A stretch of 32,000 bases of DNA from NCBI GenBank assembly GCA_030059665.1, contig JANVYR010000001.1, positions 407,164 to 439,163 on the forward strand. The letters run 5' to 3'. Below the pieces are notes generated by a model that worked only from the letters and a program-made list of their open reading frames with translations, was not told where the DNA came from and did not search any database. Both the position numbers and the translations under genes were made by a program. This stretch comes from Candidatus Calditenuis fumarioli. GTDB taxonomy: Archaea > Thermoproteota > Nitrososphaeria_A > Caldarchaeales > Calditenuaceae. Below, piece by piece: positions 1 to 8,954 of the stretch (position 1 is its first letter; the number at the start of each line of letters is the position of its first letter).

Positions 1-12
1 CCTCCCACCGCC

Positions 13-540
13 TCACGATCCCTTCACGAGCTCCGGCAGCCTCACCCCCCTCTGACCCTGGTACCTGCCCTGATAGGGGCGCTCGACCTCCGAGGTCAGC
101 TTCGCGAAGACCACGTGGAGGAAACGCTGTCCGGCGTAGAGCCTCACCGGGAACTCTCCCCCCACCATCTCGATCGTGAGCTGCCCCTCGAAGTTGGCGT
201 CGATTATCGTGGGCGGTATCGAGAGGCCCAGCCTCGCGAAGGTGCTCCTGAGGTTGACGAACCCCATCAGGTCCCTCGGCATCGAGATGTACTCGATGGT
301 GTGGAGGAGGACGTGCTCCCTCGGCCCCACGACGAAGGAATCGCCTCTCTCTATCCGGTAGAAGCCCGAGACGTCGCCGTCCCTCGTGTCGAGGACGGCA
401 TCGGTGCTCTTCAGTCGGGCGATCTCGCCGCCTATCCTCAGGTCCAGGCCGTTCTCCCTGACCGTGTCCTCGAATATCGGCTCGACCCTGAGCCTCCCGC
501 TCCTGATGTAGTTCCACAGGTCGAAGTCCGACAGTATCAT
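13..540 (-). CDS. dcd: dCTP deaminase (dUTPase-fold Dcd family)
   Basis: 175-aa ORF. The N-terminal MILSD..L..YI..G.L.V.P and the central [14 protein letters not shown] and [12 protein letters not shown] blocks are typical of dCTP deaminases. A TATA-like box (ATTTTTTAC on the minus strand, plus coords 568-576) lies about 30 nt upstream of the ATG. Confidence 0.88.
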   Translation of the reverse strand: MILSDFDLWNYIRSGRLRVEPIFEDTVRENGLDLRIGGEIARLKSTDAVLDTRDGDVSGFYRIERGDSFVVGPREHVLLHTIEYISMPRDLMGFVNLRSTFARLGLSIPPTIIDANFEGQLTIEMVGGEFPVRLYAGQRFLHVVFAKLTSEVERPYQGRYQGQRGVRLPELVKGS

Positions 541-593
541 CCTTTCAGGTGAAATGAAGGGCAGAACGTAAAAAATCGGCTGGCAGAGCTGGT

Positions 594-1082
594 TTAGCCC
601 CGTTTCCCGGTGATACCTCGTCCTTTATCGGCGTATTCTTCCCCCGGGCGCCAAGCAGCGGTCGTCACCGAGGACCTGTCGGCGTAGTGCTGAACCACCC
701 ACTCCGGCTTAAGAGATCTGACTATGTGCTCGAATGCGGCTTTGGGGTCGCTGTGGTCGCCGCATGTGAAGACGTCGACTGTGGCGTACCTGTACTCCGG
801 CCAGGTGTGGATGGCGATGTGGCTCTCGGTGATCAGCGCCAGCACCGACACCCCTCCCTTCACCCCCTCTACCTTCCAGGTCTTGACCTCCATCAGCGTG
901 GCCCTCGCGATGCCAACCGCCTCCCTCACCAGCCTCTCGATTAGCCGCTCGTCCGCAAGCGCCTTCGGGTCGCAGCCGTACAGGTTACCGTAGACGTGTT
1001 TTCCTATGATGGGTTGCATATCGGCTTTGAGGACCTGCTGCCGTCCGACCGAACCAGTCCCGTCCAACTTCTTCCTTGTCAT
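594..1082 (-). CDS. speH: Pyruvoyl-dependent S-adenosylmethionine decarboxylase proenzyme (SpeH/SpeD class; could be the crenarchaeal arginine decarboxylase paralog)
   Basis: GNLYGCD, the self-cleavage motif [13 protein letters not shown] and VDVFTCG are diagnostic of small AdoMetDC proenzymes. The start at 1082 is supported by the TATA-like box at 1102-1110. An internal Met at 1019 is an alternative start. Confidence 0.85.
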   Translation of the reverse strand: MTRKKLDGTGSVGRQQVLKADMQPIIGKHVYGNLYGCDPKALADERLIERLVREAVGIARATLMEVKTWKVEGVKGGVSVLALITESHIAIHTWPEYRYATVDVFTCGDHSDPKAAFEHIVRSLKPEWVVQHYADRSSVTTAAWRPGEEYADKGRGITGKRG

Positions 1083-1101
1083 CGGACGTCGTTTGCGTTT
1101 T

Positions 1102-1110
1102 CTAATAAAT
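1102..1110 (-). promoter_or_regulatory. TATA-like box (ATTTATTAG on minus strand) for speH
   Basis: An AT-rich octamer is centred about 24 nt upstream of the ATG at 1082. The spacing fits a leaderless archaeal transcript. Confidence 0.4.
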
Positions 1111-1240
1111 CGTGCGTCCAGGGCTTTCGCCTGAAGGTCGAATCGTCTCCAATTCGGTCAGCCCAGCCCCACCTACCCCAGCCATCCACCAGCCTGCTGG
1201 ACTCAGATCCTCGCAGACAGGCGAGTGGGGCTTTGAAGTT

Positions 1241-1636
1241 GTTTACCATAAACCGTTGATCGTTTATGTTCAAAGTTTTACCTTAACCGAGAGATTGGGA
1301 GACCAGCGTTGCAGATCGTGTTCAGGCAGGAGATCCGGAGAGATTACAGCTAATTCCATCTAACTTGAATTAGGATGAAAATGTTCGCAGCTTTTAAGGA
1401 TGCTTTTGGGATTTGTTCCTAATGGACTGCGCAAACCATCTTCATAGGCAGGGGGCACGGAACTTGACACCTTCCAATTGATAAGGGTGACCCGAAACAC
1501 AACGTCCTCCGTCGGGCCAGCCAAACGGATCGGTTGGGGGAATGTAGTCTGGATCACCATTTCAATCTCATTTGAATTATCAAGATCGTGTGGCTGATCG
1601 GTTTTACCTTACACGTAAAACGTTTAACCTTAAAAC
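1241..1636 (+). repeat. Four same-orientation copies of a 15-nt motif, GTTT(T)ACC(T/A)TAA(A)CNCG-like, in two pairs
   Basis: Read directly: 1241-1255 GTTTACCATAAACCG, 1275-1289 GTTTTACCTTAACCG, 1601-1615 GTTTTACCTTACACG and 1622-1636 GTTTAACCTTAAAAC. The two pairs bracket about 310 bp of roughly 40-45% GC sequence. The last copy doubles as the TATA-like box for the gene starting at 1658. Confidence 0.6.
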
Positions 1637-1657
1637 TCAACAACGATCACTACCACC

Positions 1658-1996
1658 ATGCCCGAGAGGGGCGGGAAGGGGGGCAAGCTGAGCAACAAGG
1701 GAAGGCAGGAGCGGAGGTCGGGCGAGGTGACTAAACCCCAGATCGACAAGAAGGTGTTGCAGGTGAGCGTCTCGCAGGCGGTTTCCCAGCCGAGATTGGC
1801 CTTCTATTCGCCGGTGGCTGCGGCGGTGCTGAACTACCTGAAGAACACCCAGCCGAGGTTCAGCATCAGCAGCGAGCTGGCGAGGCTCGTCGAGGCGGAC
1901 CTCGCAAGGAGGTACCCATTGCTGGTCTCACACGTTAAAAGGGCGTTGGAGGCGAAGGGGCTCAGGAGGAGGGCGAAGGGCAGTGGAGCCGGGTGA
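1658..1996 (+). CDS. Hypothetical small basic protein (112 aa)
   Basis: ORF with GC-rich third positions, a Lys/Arg-rich N-terminus and a helical C-terminal half (SSELARLVEADLARRYP). A TATA-like CCTTAAAAC box is centred about 26 nt upstream of the ATG. It overlaps the next gene by 14 nt. I recognise no family. Confidence 0.55.
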   Translation: MPERGGKGGKLSNKGRQERRSGEVTKPQIDKKVLQVSVSQAVSQPRLAFYSPVAAAVLNYLKNTQPRFSISSELARLVEADLARRYPLLVSHVKRALEAKGLRRRAKGSGAG

Positions 1997-2792
1997 CCTG
2001 ATCAGGTCGGCGCTGACCAGAGCGATGGAGGTTTACCGGGACCTGGCGAGGAAGGGCACCGCCAGCCAGCGGGTCAGGAGGGGGAGCTTCGGAGACATGG
2101 CGATGGTGGCAGACCTGATGTGCGAGGAGGCGATAATGAGGGAGCTGGCCAGGTCACTCGACCTGAGGAGGTGCACGGTCGTCGCAGAGGAGTCGGGGAT
2201 CATCAACGCCGAGTCCGAGCAGGAGCTGGTTGTTTTGATAGACCCGGTGGACGGCAGCACCAACATGCGTCGGGGCATGAGGCACTTCGGAGCTGGTATA
2301 GCCATCGCGTCATCGTCCAAGTTCAGGGACGTCTTCGCCGCCGGCGTGCTGGACTTCGTCAGCGGGGAGCTGGTGCTGGCCACAGAGGACAACGTCGTTC
2401 TGCCCGAGGGTTCGAAGGGACCATCGAACGTTGAGGACCTGCGCGAGTCCGTAGTGACGCTCGACTTCAGGGCTGCCAAGAGGGGACCGAGGGACGTGGA
2501 GAGGTACCTGAGGCTCGTGCGGGCGCTGAAGCACGTGAGGAACCTCGGGTCGTCGCTGGTGGAGCTGGAGCAGATAGCGCTGGGCGTCCTGGACGCCTAC
2601 GTCTGCATCACCCCGGAGATGAGGGTGTTCGACATCGTACCAGGGATGTACGTCCTCAAGAAACTCGGGTGTCCCCTCTGGACGGGCGACGGTGACCCCG
2701 AGGAGCTCGAGCTGGTGACTCGCAACCGCTATCCGCTGATCGCCGCAAGCAACAGAATTCTGCTGCAGCGGATCCTCGAGGAGATCAGTTGA
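1983..2792 (+). CDS. Inositol monophosphatase / fructose-1,6-bisphosphatase family phosphatase
   Basis: Metal-binding motifs VAEESG and LIDPVDGSTN, plus a C-terminal FDIVPG (WD-x-AAG-like) block of the IMPase fold. GTG start. Confidence 0.82.
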   Translation: MEPGDLIRSALTRAMEVYRDLARKGTASQRVRRGSFGDMAMVADLMCEEAIMRELARSLDLRRCTVVAEESGIINAESEQELVVLIDPVDGSTNMRRGMRHFGAGIAIASSSKFRDVFAAGVLDFVSGELVLATEDNVVLPEGSKGPSNVEDLRESVVTLDFRAAKRGPRDVERYLRLVRALKHVRNLGSSLVELEQIALGVLDAYVCITPEMRVFDIVPGMYVLKKLGCPLWTGDGDPEELELVTRNRYPLIAASNRILLQRILEEIS

Positions 2793-2869
2793 GCGCTGAT
2801 AGCCGGTTTTCAGCGTTGGCGGAGTCAAAAACGCTTAATACAAATCGTGAGGGTTGAAGCGTTAAGGAA

Positions 2870-4579
2870 ATGTCCACAGTAGACGAGCTCATCATCAACA
2901 GGTTCTGGGTGAAATCGTATCCGCCCGATATCAGGCCGGACATCGAGATCCCGGCGAAGACCTACCACGAGCTCTTCCTCGAGTCGGCTGAGCGGAGGTC
3001 CAACAAGGTCGCGGTGATCTTCGCGGGCTCGGAGTTCACGTACGGCCAGGTCCTCGACGCTGCCCTCAGGGTCGCAGGTTACCTGAGGTCGATCGGCGTG
3101 AGAGAGGGCGACAGGGTCTCACTCGTCCTTCCCAACTCGCCCCAGTTCATCGCATCGTACTTCGGGACCCTCATGACGGGCGCAGCTGTCGTCCCCATCA
3201 ACCCGCTGTACAAGGCTGGGGAGATAGGGTACATGCTCGCGAAGAGCAGGGCTAAGGCGGTCTTCACGCTCGACCTGTTCCACGATGAGGTCCTGAAGGC
3301 CGTTGAGGGTACCTCCGTGGAGAAGGTGATCGTCTCGAACATCGCCGACCATCTGCCACCGGTCAAGCGGGTCCTCGGAAAGCTGCTGAGGAAGGTGCCA
3401 TCGAAGCCGGTGAAGAGGGACGCCATGGTCGTCGGCTACAACAGGGTCCTCTCGAGCAGACCTCTCCCGACGGACGAGATCGCACGACCTGACCCGGCAT
3501 CGACCCCTGCGGCGATATGCTTCACCAGCGGCACCACGGGCCTCCCGAAGGCGGCTGTCCTCACCCACAGGAACCTCGTCTCGAACATACACCAGAGCTA
3601 CGAGGTGGCAAAGACCGCGCTCAGCGAGGACGAGACTGTGCTGGCGGTCCTCCCGTTCTTCCACATTTACGGCCAGACGGCGATCATGGGCTTTGGTCTC
3701 ACCTTCGGCTTCAGGCTCGTGGTGGTTCCGAGGCCGAACGTCGACGAGATTCTAGAGCTGATCGAGCGGTACCGGGTAACCATCGTCTTCGGGGTTCCGG
3801 CCCTCTACAACGCGATGATCTCTTCCCCCAAGTTCAGGAGGGAGATCTTCTCCCACGTCAAGCTCTGCGTCTCGGGTGCCGACAAGCTGCACGAGGAGAT
3901 AGCGAAGAGGTTCGAGCAGGCGACGGGCGTCCGCATAGTGGAGGGATACGGCCTCACCGAGACCAGCCCCATAACCCACCTGAACCCGCCTGCGAGGACG
4001 AAGATCGGTTCGATCGGTCTGCCGGTCCCGAACACGCTCGCATGGGTCTTCAAGCTGGAATCGAACGTGCCTTTGGGGGTTGGACAGGAGGGCGAGCTGG
4101 CGATCTCGGGGCCGCAGGTCATGGAAGGTTACCTCGAGGACCCTGAGGCGAACAGAACGGCCTTCTTCACCCTCTTCGGGAGGAAGTGGTTCAGGACCGG
4201 AGACATCGCCAAGGTCGACGAGGAGGGATACTTCTACATCATCGAGCGGAAGAAGGACCTGATCAAGTACAAGGGATGGTCGATCTACCCGGCCCAGGTG
4301 GAGAACCTGGTGCTGAAGCACGAGGCGGTCCAGGCGGTGGGCGTGGTTGGCGTGCCGGACGTTGAGGTCGGTGAGAGGGTCGTGATGTTCGTGGTGTTGA
4401 AGCCCGAGTACAGGGGGAAGGTCAAGGAGGAGGACCTGATGGAGTGGTGCAGGAAGAACTTGGCTCCGTTCCAGGTGCCCTACAGGATCTTCTTCAAGGA
4501 GGAGCTGCCGGTGAGCATGACCGGCAAGGTGCTGAGGAGGGTGCTGAGGGAGGAGGCGGCGACGCTGCTGAAGTCCTGA
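2870..4579 (+). CDS. AMP-forming acyl-CoA synthetase (medium/long-chain fatty acid-CoA ligase family)
   Basis: 569 aa. AMP-binding signature FTSGTTGLPKAAVLTHRNL, plus EGYGLTETSP, TGDIA and the C-terminal GKVLRR lysine motif of ANL-superfamily adenylating enzymes. Confidence 0.9.
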   Translation: MSTVDELIINRFWVKSYPPDIRPDIEIPAKTYHELFLESAERRSNKVAVIFAGSEFTYGQVLDAALRVAGYLRSIGVREGDRVSLVLPNSPQFIASYFGTLMTGAAVVPINPLYKAGEIGYMLAKSRAKAVFTLDLFHDEVLKAVEGTSVEKVIVSNIADHLPPVKRVLGKLLRKVPSKPVKRDAMVVGYNRVLSSRPLPTDEIARPDPASTPAAICFTSGTTGLPKAAVLTHRNLVSNIHQSYEVAKTALSEDETVLAVLPFFHIYGQTAIMGFGLTFGFRLVVVPRPNVDEILELIERYRVTIVFGVPALYNAMISSPKFRREIFSHVKLCVSGADKLHEEIAKRFEQATGVRIVEGYGLTETSPITHLNPPARTKIGSIGLPVPNTLAWVFKLESNVPLGVGQEGELAISGPQVMEGYLEDPEANRTAFFTLFGRKWFRTGDIAKVDEEGYFYIIERKKDLIKYKGWSIYPAQVENLVLKHEAVQAVGVVGVPDVEVGERVVMFVVLKPEYRGKVKEEDLMEWCRKNLAPFQVPYRIFFKEELPVSMTGKVLRRVLREEAATLLKS

Positions 4580-4595
4580 TCGGTCCCGTCCTCTT

Positions 4596-4620
4596 CGGAT
4601 CCCGACGTCATTTGGATCCG
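4596..4620. terminator. Intergenic hairpin between convergent genes
   Basis: A perfect 7-bp inverted repeat, CGGATCC (4596-4602) / GGATCCG (4614-4620), with an 11-nt loop. It lies in the 63-bp gap between two convergent stop codons. A function as a terminator or processing site is inferred only. Confidence 0.3.
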
Positions 4621-4642
4621 GTCTGCCTCAGATTCCAAAACC

Positions 4643-6595
4643 TCACTCTCCCTTGAACTCCGGTTTCCTCTTCGAGAAGAAAGCGGATATGCCCTCCATC
4701 AGGTCCTTCGTCGCGAACAGGTGGGCGAACAGGCTCGACTCGTGCCGGAGCCCCTCGTCGATCGGGACCTCGAGGGCCGCGTTGATGGCGTCCTTCGCAG
4801 CGGCGAGGGCGATTGGAGGCATCTCCGCCAGCCTCATCGCGAACTCCCTCACCTCACGCTCGAAGCCCTCCGGGGGGACCACCTTGTCGATGATTCCCAA
4901 CCTGAGGGCCTCCTCCGCTTTGATCCGGTCGCCGAGGAAGATCACGAGCTTCGCCTTGGACGGCCCTATCAAGCGGGTCAACCGCTGGGTAGCACCCCCT
5001 CCCGGAATGAGACCAAGCCTGATCTCGGGCTGACCGACCTCCGACCTCTCGGTGGCGATCCTGAAGTCGCACGCGAGTGCCAGCTCCAGACCTCCGCCGA
5101 GGGCGAAACCGTCGATCGCGGCTATCACCGGCTTGGGAGACCTCTCTATCTTACGGAGGAGCTCGTTGAACCTCAGCGAGAAGCGGTGGGCCATGGGCAC
5201 CTTGCTCTCGGTGGCGAGGATCTCGGAGAAGGCCGTTATGTCCGCACCTGCGGAGAAGGCCCTACCTCCGGCACCAGTCAGAACTATCACCCTCACCGAG
5301 CGGTCCTCGGAGAGGTCCTTGAGGGCCACCTCCAGCTCCTCAATCATCTTGGGCGAAATGGCGTTGAGCCTGTGAGGACGGTTCAGCACGATCCAGCCTA
5401 TCGGCGGCTCCCTCCTTACCTCGATCTCCTCGAACGACGCAGCAGCTGGTCTCGGCTGGGATACGAGCGAAAGGAGGTACGACGACGGAGCGTAGCCCTC
5501 ACCCAGCTCCGCCCTGAGCTCGCTCAACACGGAGTTCACCTTCTCCGGTGTCAGCTCCGAAGCGTAGCCGAAAACGCCTCGGGGCAGATTGAGGCCGAGC
5601 TTCATGGCGGTCTCCACGTCCTCGTGACTGGCGACTCCCTGCTCAACAAGCCTCGCTGCCTCGTTCATCCCAGGCACGATCATGTACCAGATGTCCACGT
5701 CCCTGCCAGCGTCCTGGGGTATGCTCGGCCTCGCGCCTGCAGGCCACTCGTAGAAACCCCTCCCGGTCTTCGCACCCAGCTCCCCCCTCTCCACGTACCT
5801 CCTCAGGAGCTCGATTGGCCTGAAGGTCCTGTCGCGCTCGGCGATCACCTTCGAGACGTTGTAAGCGACGTCGATGCCCACGTAGTCCGCGAGCTCGAAG
5901 GCGCCCATCGGGAAGCCCGCCCTGTACTTCAAAGCCGAGTCGATCTGGACCGGTGTGTACCTCCCCTTCTCCACGAGGTGGCATGCGACCTCGAAGAACC
6001 GCGTGAGCACCCTGTTGACGATGAACCCCGGAACGTCCCTGTTAACCGTCACGACGGTCTTGCCGAGCGACCTAGCGAACTCGGTCGCGAGCCTCTTCGT
6101 CTCCTCGCTCGTCCTGCTCCCGATGATGACCTCCACCAGCTGCATCAGTTGTGGAGGGTTGAAAAAGTGGATGCCGAGGAACCTCTCCGGTCTCTCCACC
6201 GCGGCCTGCAGCTCATCGATCGGGATGGAGCTGGTGTTGGTACCGAGGAGCCTGGCCCTCCTTGCGGCCCTGCTGGCCCTCCGCCATGTGTCGAGCTTCA
6301 CCTGGAGGTCCTCGAAGACCGCCTCGATCACCACGTCCGCATCCGCACATGCGGACTCGAGCGAGGTGGTGGTCCTGATCCTGCCCATAACCTTCTCGAC
6401 TTCCTCGGGCCTGATCCTCCCGCGCTCCGCGAACTTCCCAAGGCTCCACCTGATCTTCTCTAGTGCCCTTCCCAGGATCTCCTCAGAGACGTCGACCACG
6501 GTGACGCTGTACCCCGACATCGCAGCGACCTGCGCGATCCCGTGCCCCATCGTTCCCGCTCCGATGACGACGACCCTCTCCAGACCCGATGACAT
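4643..6595 (-). CDS. Bifunctional 3-hydroxyacyl-CoA dehydrogenase (N-terminal) / enoyl-CoA hydratase (C-terminal)
   Basis: 650 aa. The N-terminal Rossmann motif VVVIGAGTMGHGIA and the HFFNPP block belong to HCDH. The C-terminal crotonase-fold blocks are LTGAGGRAFSAGADI and GFALGGGLELALACD. This domain order (dehydrogenase first) is the archaeal arrangement. Confidence 0.92.
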   Translation of the reverse strand: MSSGLERVVVIGAGTMGHGIAQVAAMSGYSVTVVDVSEEILGRALEKIRWSLGKFAERGRIRPEEVEKVMGRIRTTTSLESACADADVVIEAVFEDLQVKLDTWRRASRAARRARLLGTNTSSIPIDELQAAVERPERFLGIHFFNPPQLMQLVEVIIGSRTSEETKRLATEFARSLGKTVVTVNRDVPGFIVNRVLTRFFEVACHLVEKGRYTPVQIDSALKYRAGFPMGAFELADYVGIDVAYNVSKVIAERDRTFRPIELLRRYVERGELGAKTGRGFYEWPAGARPSIPQDAGRDVDIWYMIVPGMNEAARLVEQGVASHEDVETAMKLGLNLPRGVFGYASELTPEKVNSVLSELRAELGEGYAPSSYLLSLVSQPRPAAASFEEIEVRREPPIGWIVLNRPHRLNAISPKMIEELEVALKDLSEDRSVRVIVLTGAGGRAFSAGADITAFSEILATESKVPMAHRFSLRFNELLRKIERSPKPVIAAIDGFALGGGLELALACDFRIATERSEVGQPEIRLGLIPGGGATQRLTRLIGPSKAKLVIFLGDRIKAEEALRLGIIDKVVPPEGFEREVREFAMRLAEMPPIALAAAKDAINAALEVPIDEGLRHESSLFAHLFATKDLMEGISAFFSKRKPEFKGE

Positions 6596-6677
6596 GCCCC
6601 TCGCTCAGAGAGGCCTCTAGTTGCATTTAAGTGGGTGGGGTTGTGGGGGCTGGCCGAAAACTGAGGGTCGGTCCGGC

Positions 6678-7343
6678 TCAGGGACGATGTTGAATCACCT
6701 CCGCCAGCTCTTTCAGGTCCCTCACCTCGATCCTTGCCTCTACGCCCAACTCCTCCATTGGCAGGTTGTACCTGTTGAGGTAGACGGTGAAGAGGCCCGC
6801 AGCGCCTGCACCGGCCAGGTCCCAGGGATTCGAGGAGACGAAGCCCACCTCGCTTCTCGCCACACCGAACCTGTCCACGAGGCCGTAAACCCTCGGGCTG
6901 GGCTTGTAGACGCGCACCATCTCCGCCGATAGCAGCTCAGTGAAGTGCTTCCTCAGACCCGTGTTCCTGAGCAACTCGTCGACCATACCCCTGTCGCCGT
7001 TGGTCAGCGCGACAAGCCTGAAACGCCTTGCCAGCTCCGGAAGCGCCTCCACCGCGTCCTCGTGCGGCCTGAGGTTGAGCCACGCCTCCATCAGCCTCCT
7101 CTCCTGTTGCCTGTCGAGTGAGACGCCGAACCTACGTGCGGTGTATCGCAATGCCCACTCGGTGACGACCCAGAAGTTCTCGTACCGCTCCATCAGCGAC
7201 AGCAGGTGGGTGTACTCCAGCTGCTTGGCCCTCCAGACCCTCAGGAACTCTTGCGGCTCTGGGACCACTCCCCTTAGGGCAGAGGCGAGGCTGTTGAGGT
7301 CGTAGAGCGTGCCGTAAACGTCGAACGCGAGGAGCTCGATCAC
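6678..7343 (-). CDS. HAD-superfamily hydrolase, type II L-2-haloacid dehalogenase-like
   Basis: Nucleophile motif FDVYGTLYD, LTNGD and the C-terminal SSNPWDLAGA block are characteristic of haloacid dehalogenase type II. Confidence 0.8.
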   Translation of the reverse strand: MIELLAFDVYGTLYDLNSLASALRGVVPEPQEFLRVWRAKQLEYTHLLSLMERYENFWVVTEWALRYTARRFGVSLDRQQERRLMEAWLNLRPHEDAVEALPELARRFRLVALTNGDRGMVDELLRNTGLRKHFTELLSAEMVRVYKPSPRVYGLVDRFGVARSEVGFVSSNPWDLAGAGAAGLFTVYLNRYNLPMEELGVEARIEVRDLKELAEVIQHRP

Positions 7344-7419
7344 GCCGCAGCCCCTTCCGCAGCTGGATAAATCTCCTCCGGGAGCACCAGGCCTTCGATC
7401 GCCGCCACCGGTTTCTTCC

Positions 7420-8232
7420 TTGCGATTTTATAGCTCGATGAACGGCCAGCCCTGCGGAGGGAGACGGTTGGTGGCGCAGGGAGAACGGCTTGTAGGTCTG
7501 TTGAAGAGGTTCGGGCTCTCGGGATACGAGGTCAGGGCGTACCTCGCGCTGCTGGAGTTGGGCGAGGGAACCGCACAGGCGGTCTCCGAGGCCGCCAACG
7601 TTCCCAGATCGAGGGTCTACGAGGTGATGAACTCGCTGATAGAGAAGGGCTGGGCGATCGCGGTCAAGTCCAGGCCGACGAAATACAGGCCTCAGGACCC
7701 GGAGGTTGCCCTGAGGAGGAGCCTGATGAGGGTGGAGCGCGAGATGGAGGAGCTGGCGAAGGCCCTCGCGGACGAGCTGATGCCCCTTTACCGCGGCGGC
7801 GTGGGCGAGGAGGTGCCGGAGCTGGTGATCGTCAGGGGCGAGCAGGACCTCTGGAAACGGGTCAAGTCGACCATCGCCAAGGCCAGAAGGAGCCTCGCGG
7901 TCGCGCTGCCGCTGATACCCGAGGAGGTCGAGGAGACCCTGATTCCCGTCGCATCAATAATGAGGGAGCGGGGTGGATCGGTGAGGGTCCTGTTGGGGAA
8001 CGAGGTCGACGACAGGGACGCGAGGAAGTTAGCGGAGCACGCGGAGGTCCGAAGGAGGGAGCTGAGCTTCGGAGGGGGAGTGATAGCCGACGCCTCGGAG
8101 GTGGTCTTGGTCCTGATGGAGCCGGAGCGGCAGGTGCCCAGGTTGGGCATCCACTCTGCCCACTCGATGCTCACCATGTTAGCCCAGACTTACTTCGACA
8201 TGCTCTGGTCGACTTCCCAGCCGGCCTCCTGA
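7420..8232 (+). CDS. trmB: TrmB-family transcriptional regulator
   Basis: N-terminal wHTH SGYEVRAYLALLELGEGTAQAVSEAANVPRSRVYEVMNSLIEKGW. The TTTTATAG box at about 7425-7432 overlaps the annotated start. The true start is therefore probably downstream: ATG 7438 or GTG 7471. Confidence 0.82.
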   Translation: MRFYSSMNGQPCGGRRLVAQGERLVGLLKRFGLSGYEVRAYLALLELGEGTAQAVSEAANVPRSRVYEVMNSLIEKGWAIAVKSRPTKYRPQDPEVALRRSLMRVEREMEELAKALADELMPLYRGGVGEEVPELVIVRGEQDLWKRVKSTIAKARRSLAVALPLIPEEVEETLIPVASIMRERGGSVRVLLGNEVDDRDARKLAEHAEVRRRELSFGGGVIADASEVVLVLMEPERQVPRLGIHSAHSMLTMLAQTYFDMLWSTSQPAS

Positions 8233-8951
8233 AGGAGGTGCAGGAACCGGTAGGCGTCGTCGAACATGGTGACATTGTTGAACATCACGTATGCCCTCCT
8301 GAACTCGATCCTCCGCAGGTATCGCTCCAGTTTCCGTAGGTCCTCGTCGGTGTAGGTGTAGCTGTACATTTTCTTTCCCGGCGGAGAACCGTGCAGCCTG
8401 AGATAGAGCACCCTCTTGCTGGAGAGGTGAACGGGCTCCGAGGCGAATGGGTCAACAACGTGCACCACATCTGCCTCCTCGCAGACCTTCTTGACCCACG
8501 GCTCGCTCCAACCCCGCGGCTCGAACCCGATGGTCAACCCGTCCCGATCGATCTCCCTGAAGAAGCGGAGGGCGTTCTCGACGTTCGAGGGCGTATCCGT
8601 GAAGGAGGCGGGGGTCTGGACGACGCAGAACTCGGCACGGAGCGCCCTGCAGGCCTCCAGCGTGACCTCCCAGCTCTCCATCACCTCCCTGCTCATGCGG
8701 AGGAACCCGTGACCAGGCTTAGGTCTGACGTTCGACCTCTTCCAAGTGGGGCTGTTGCTCGGGTGCGTCACTCCCTGGAAAGCCTTGACCGCGAAAACGA
8801 AACCCTCCGGAACCGATTTCCTCCACCGCTCGAGGGTTTTGCGCTCGTGGACCCTGTAGAAGGTCGACTGGACCTCGACCGCGTTGAAGCGCTGGACGTA
8901 CCTCCTCATCGAGACCGGAAAGCCGCAGCAACCCACCAGGACGCCGCCCAT
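8190..8951 (-). CDS. DUF72 family protein
   Basis: 253 aa. The N-terminal GCCGFP....Y...FNAVEVQSTFY block and overall length match DUF72 (UPF0759). It lies 3 nt downstream of the HTH gene on the same strand. Confidence 0.8.
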   Translation of the reverse strand: MGGVLVGCCGFPVSMRRYVQRFNAVEVQSTFYRVHERKTLERWRKSVPEGFVFAVKAFQGVTHPSNSPTWKRSNVRPKPGHGFLRMSREVMESWEVTLEACRALRAEFCVVQTPASFTDTPSNVENALRFFREIDRDGLTIGFEPRGWSEPWVKKVCEEADVVHVVDPFASEPVHLSSKRVLYLRLHGSPPGKKMYSYTYTDEDLRKLERYLRRIEFRRAYVMFNNVTMFDDAYRFLHLLQEAGWEVDQSMSK

Positions 8952-8954
8952 GGC

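Noticed and set aside
1360-1560. A 66-aa - strand ORF inside the low-GC intergenic region. A 15-codon + strand micro-ORF also starts at ATG 1375.
   Set aside because: I see no recognisable family. Codon bias switches midway from GC-rich to AT-rich third positions, and the promoter geometry is unclear. It is not reported as a gene, but the region is kept as a finding.
1241-1636. Whether the repeated 15-nt motif represents a CRISPR array.
   Set aside because: There are only four imperfect copies, 15 nt long, at irregular spacings (34, 326 and 21 nt). There is no repeat-spacer periodicity, and no cas genes occur in the window.
4721-6463. A 580-aa ORF on the + strand, the largest unassigned ORF in the track.
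   Set aside because: It lies entirely antisense to the well-supported HCDH/crotonase gene. The translation is Arg/Pro/Gly/Leu-rich and low in complexity, with no recognisable motif. This is a typical shadow ORF of a high-GC genome.
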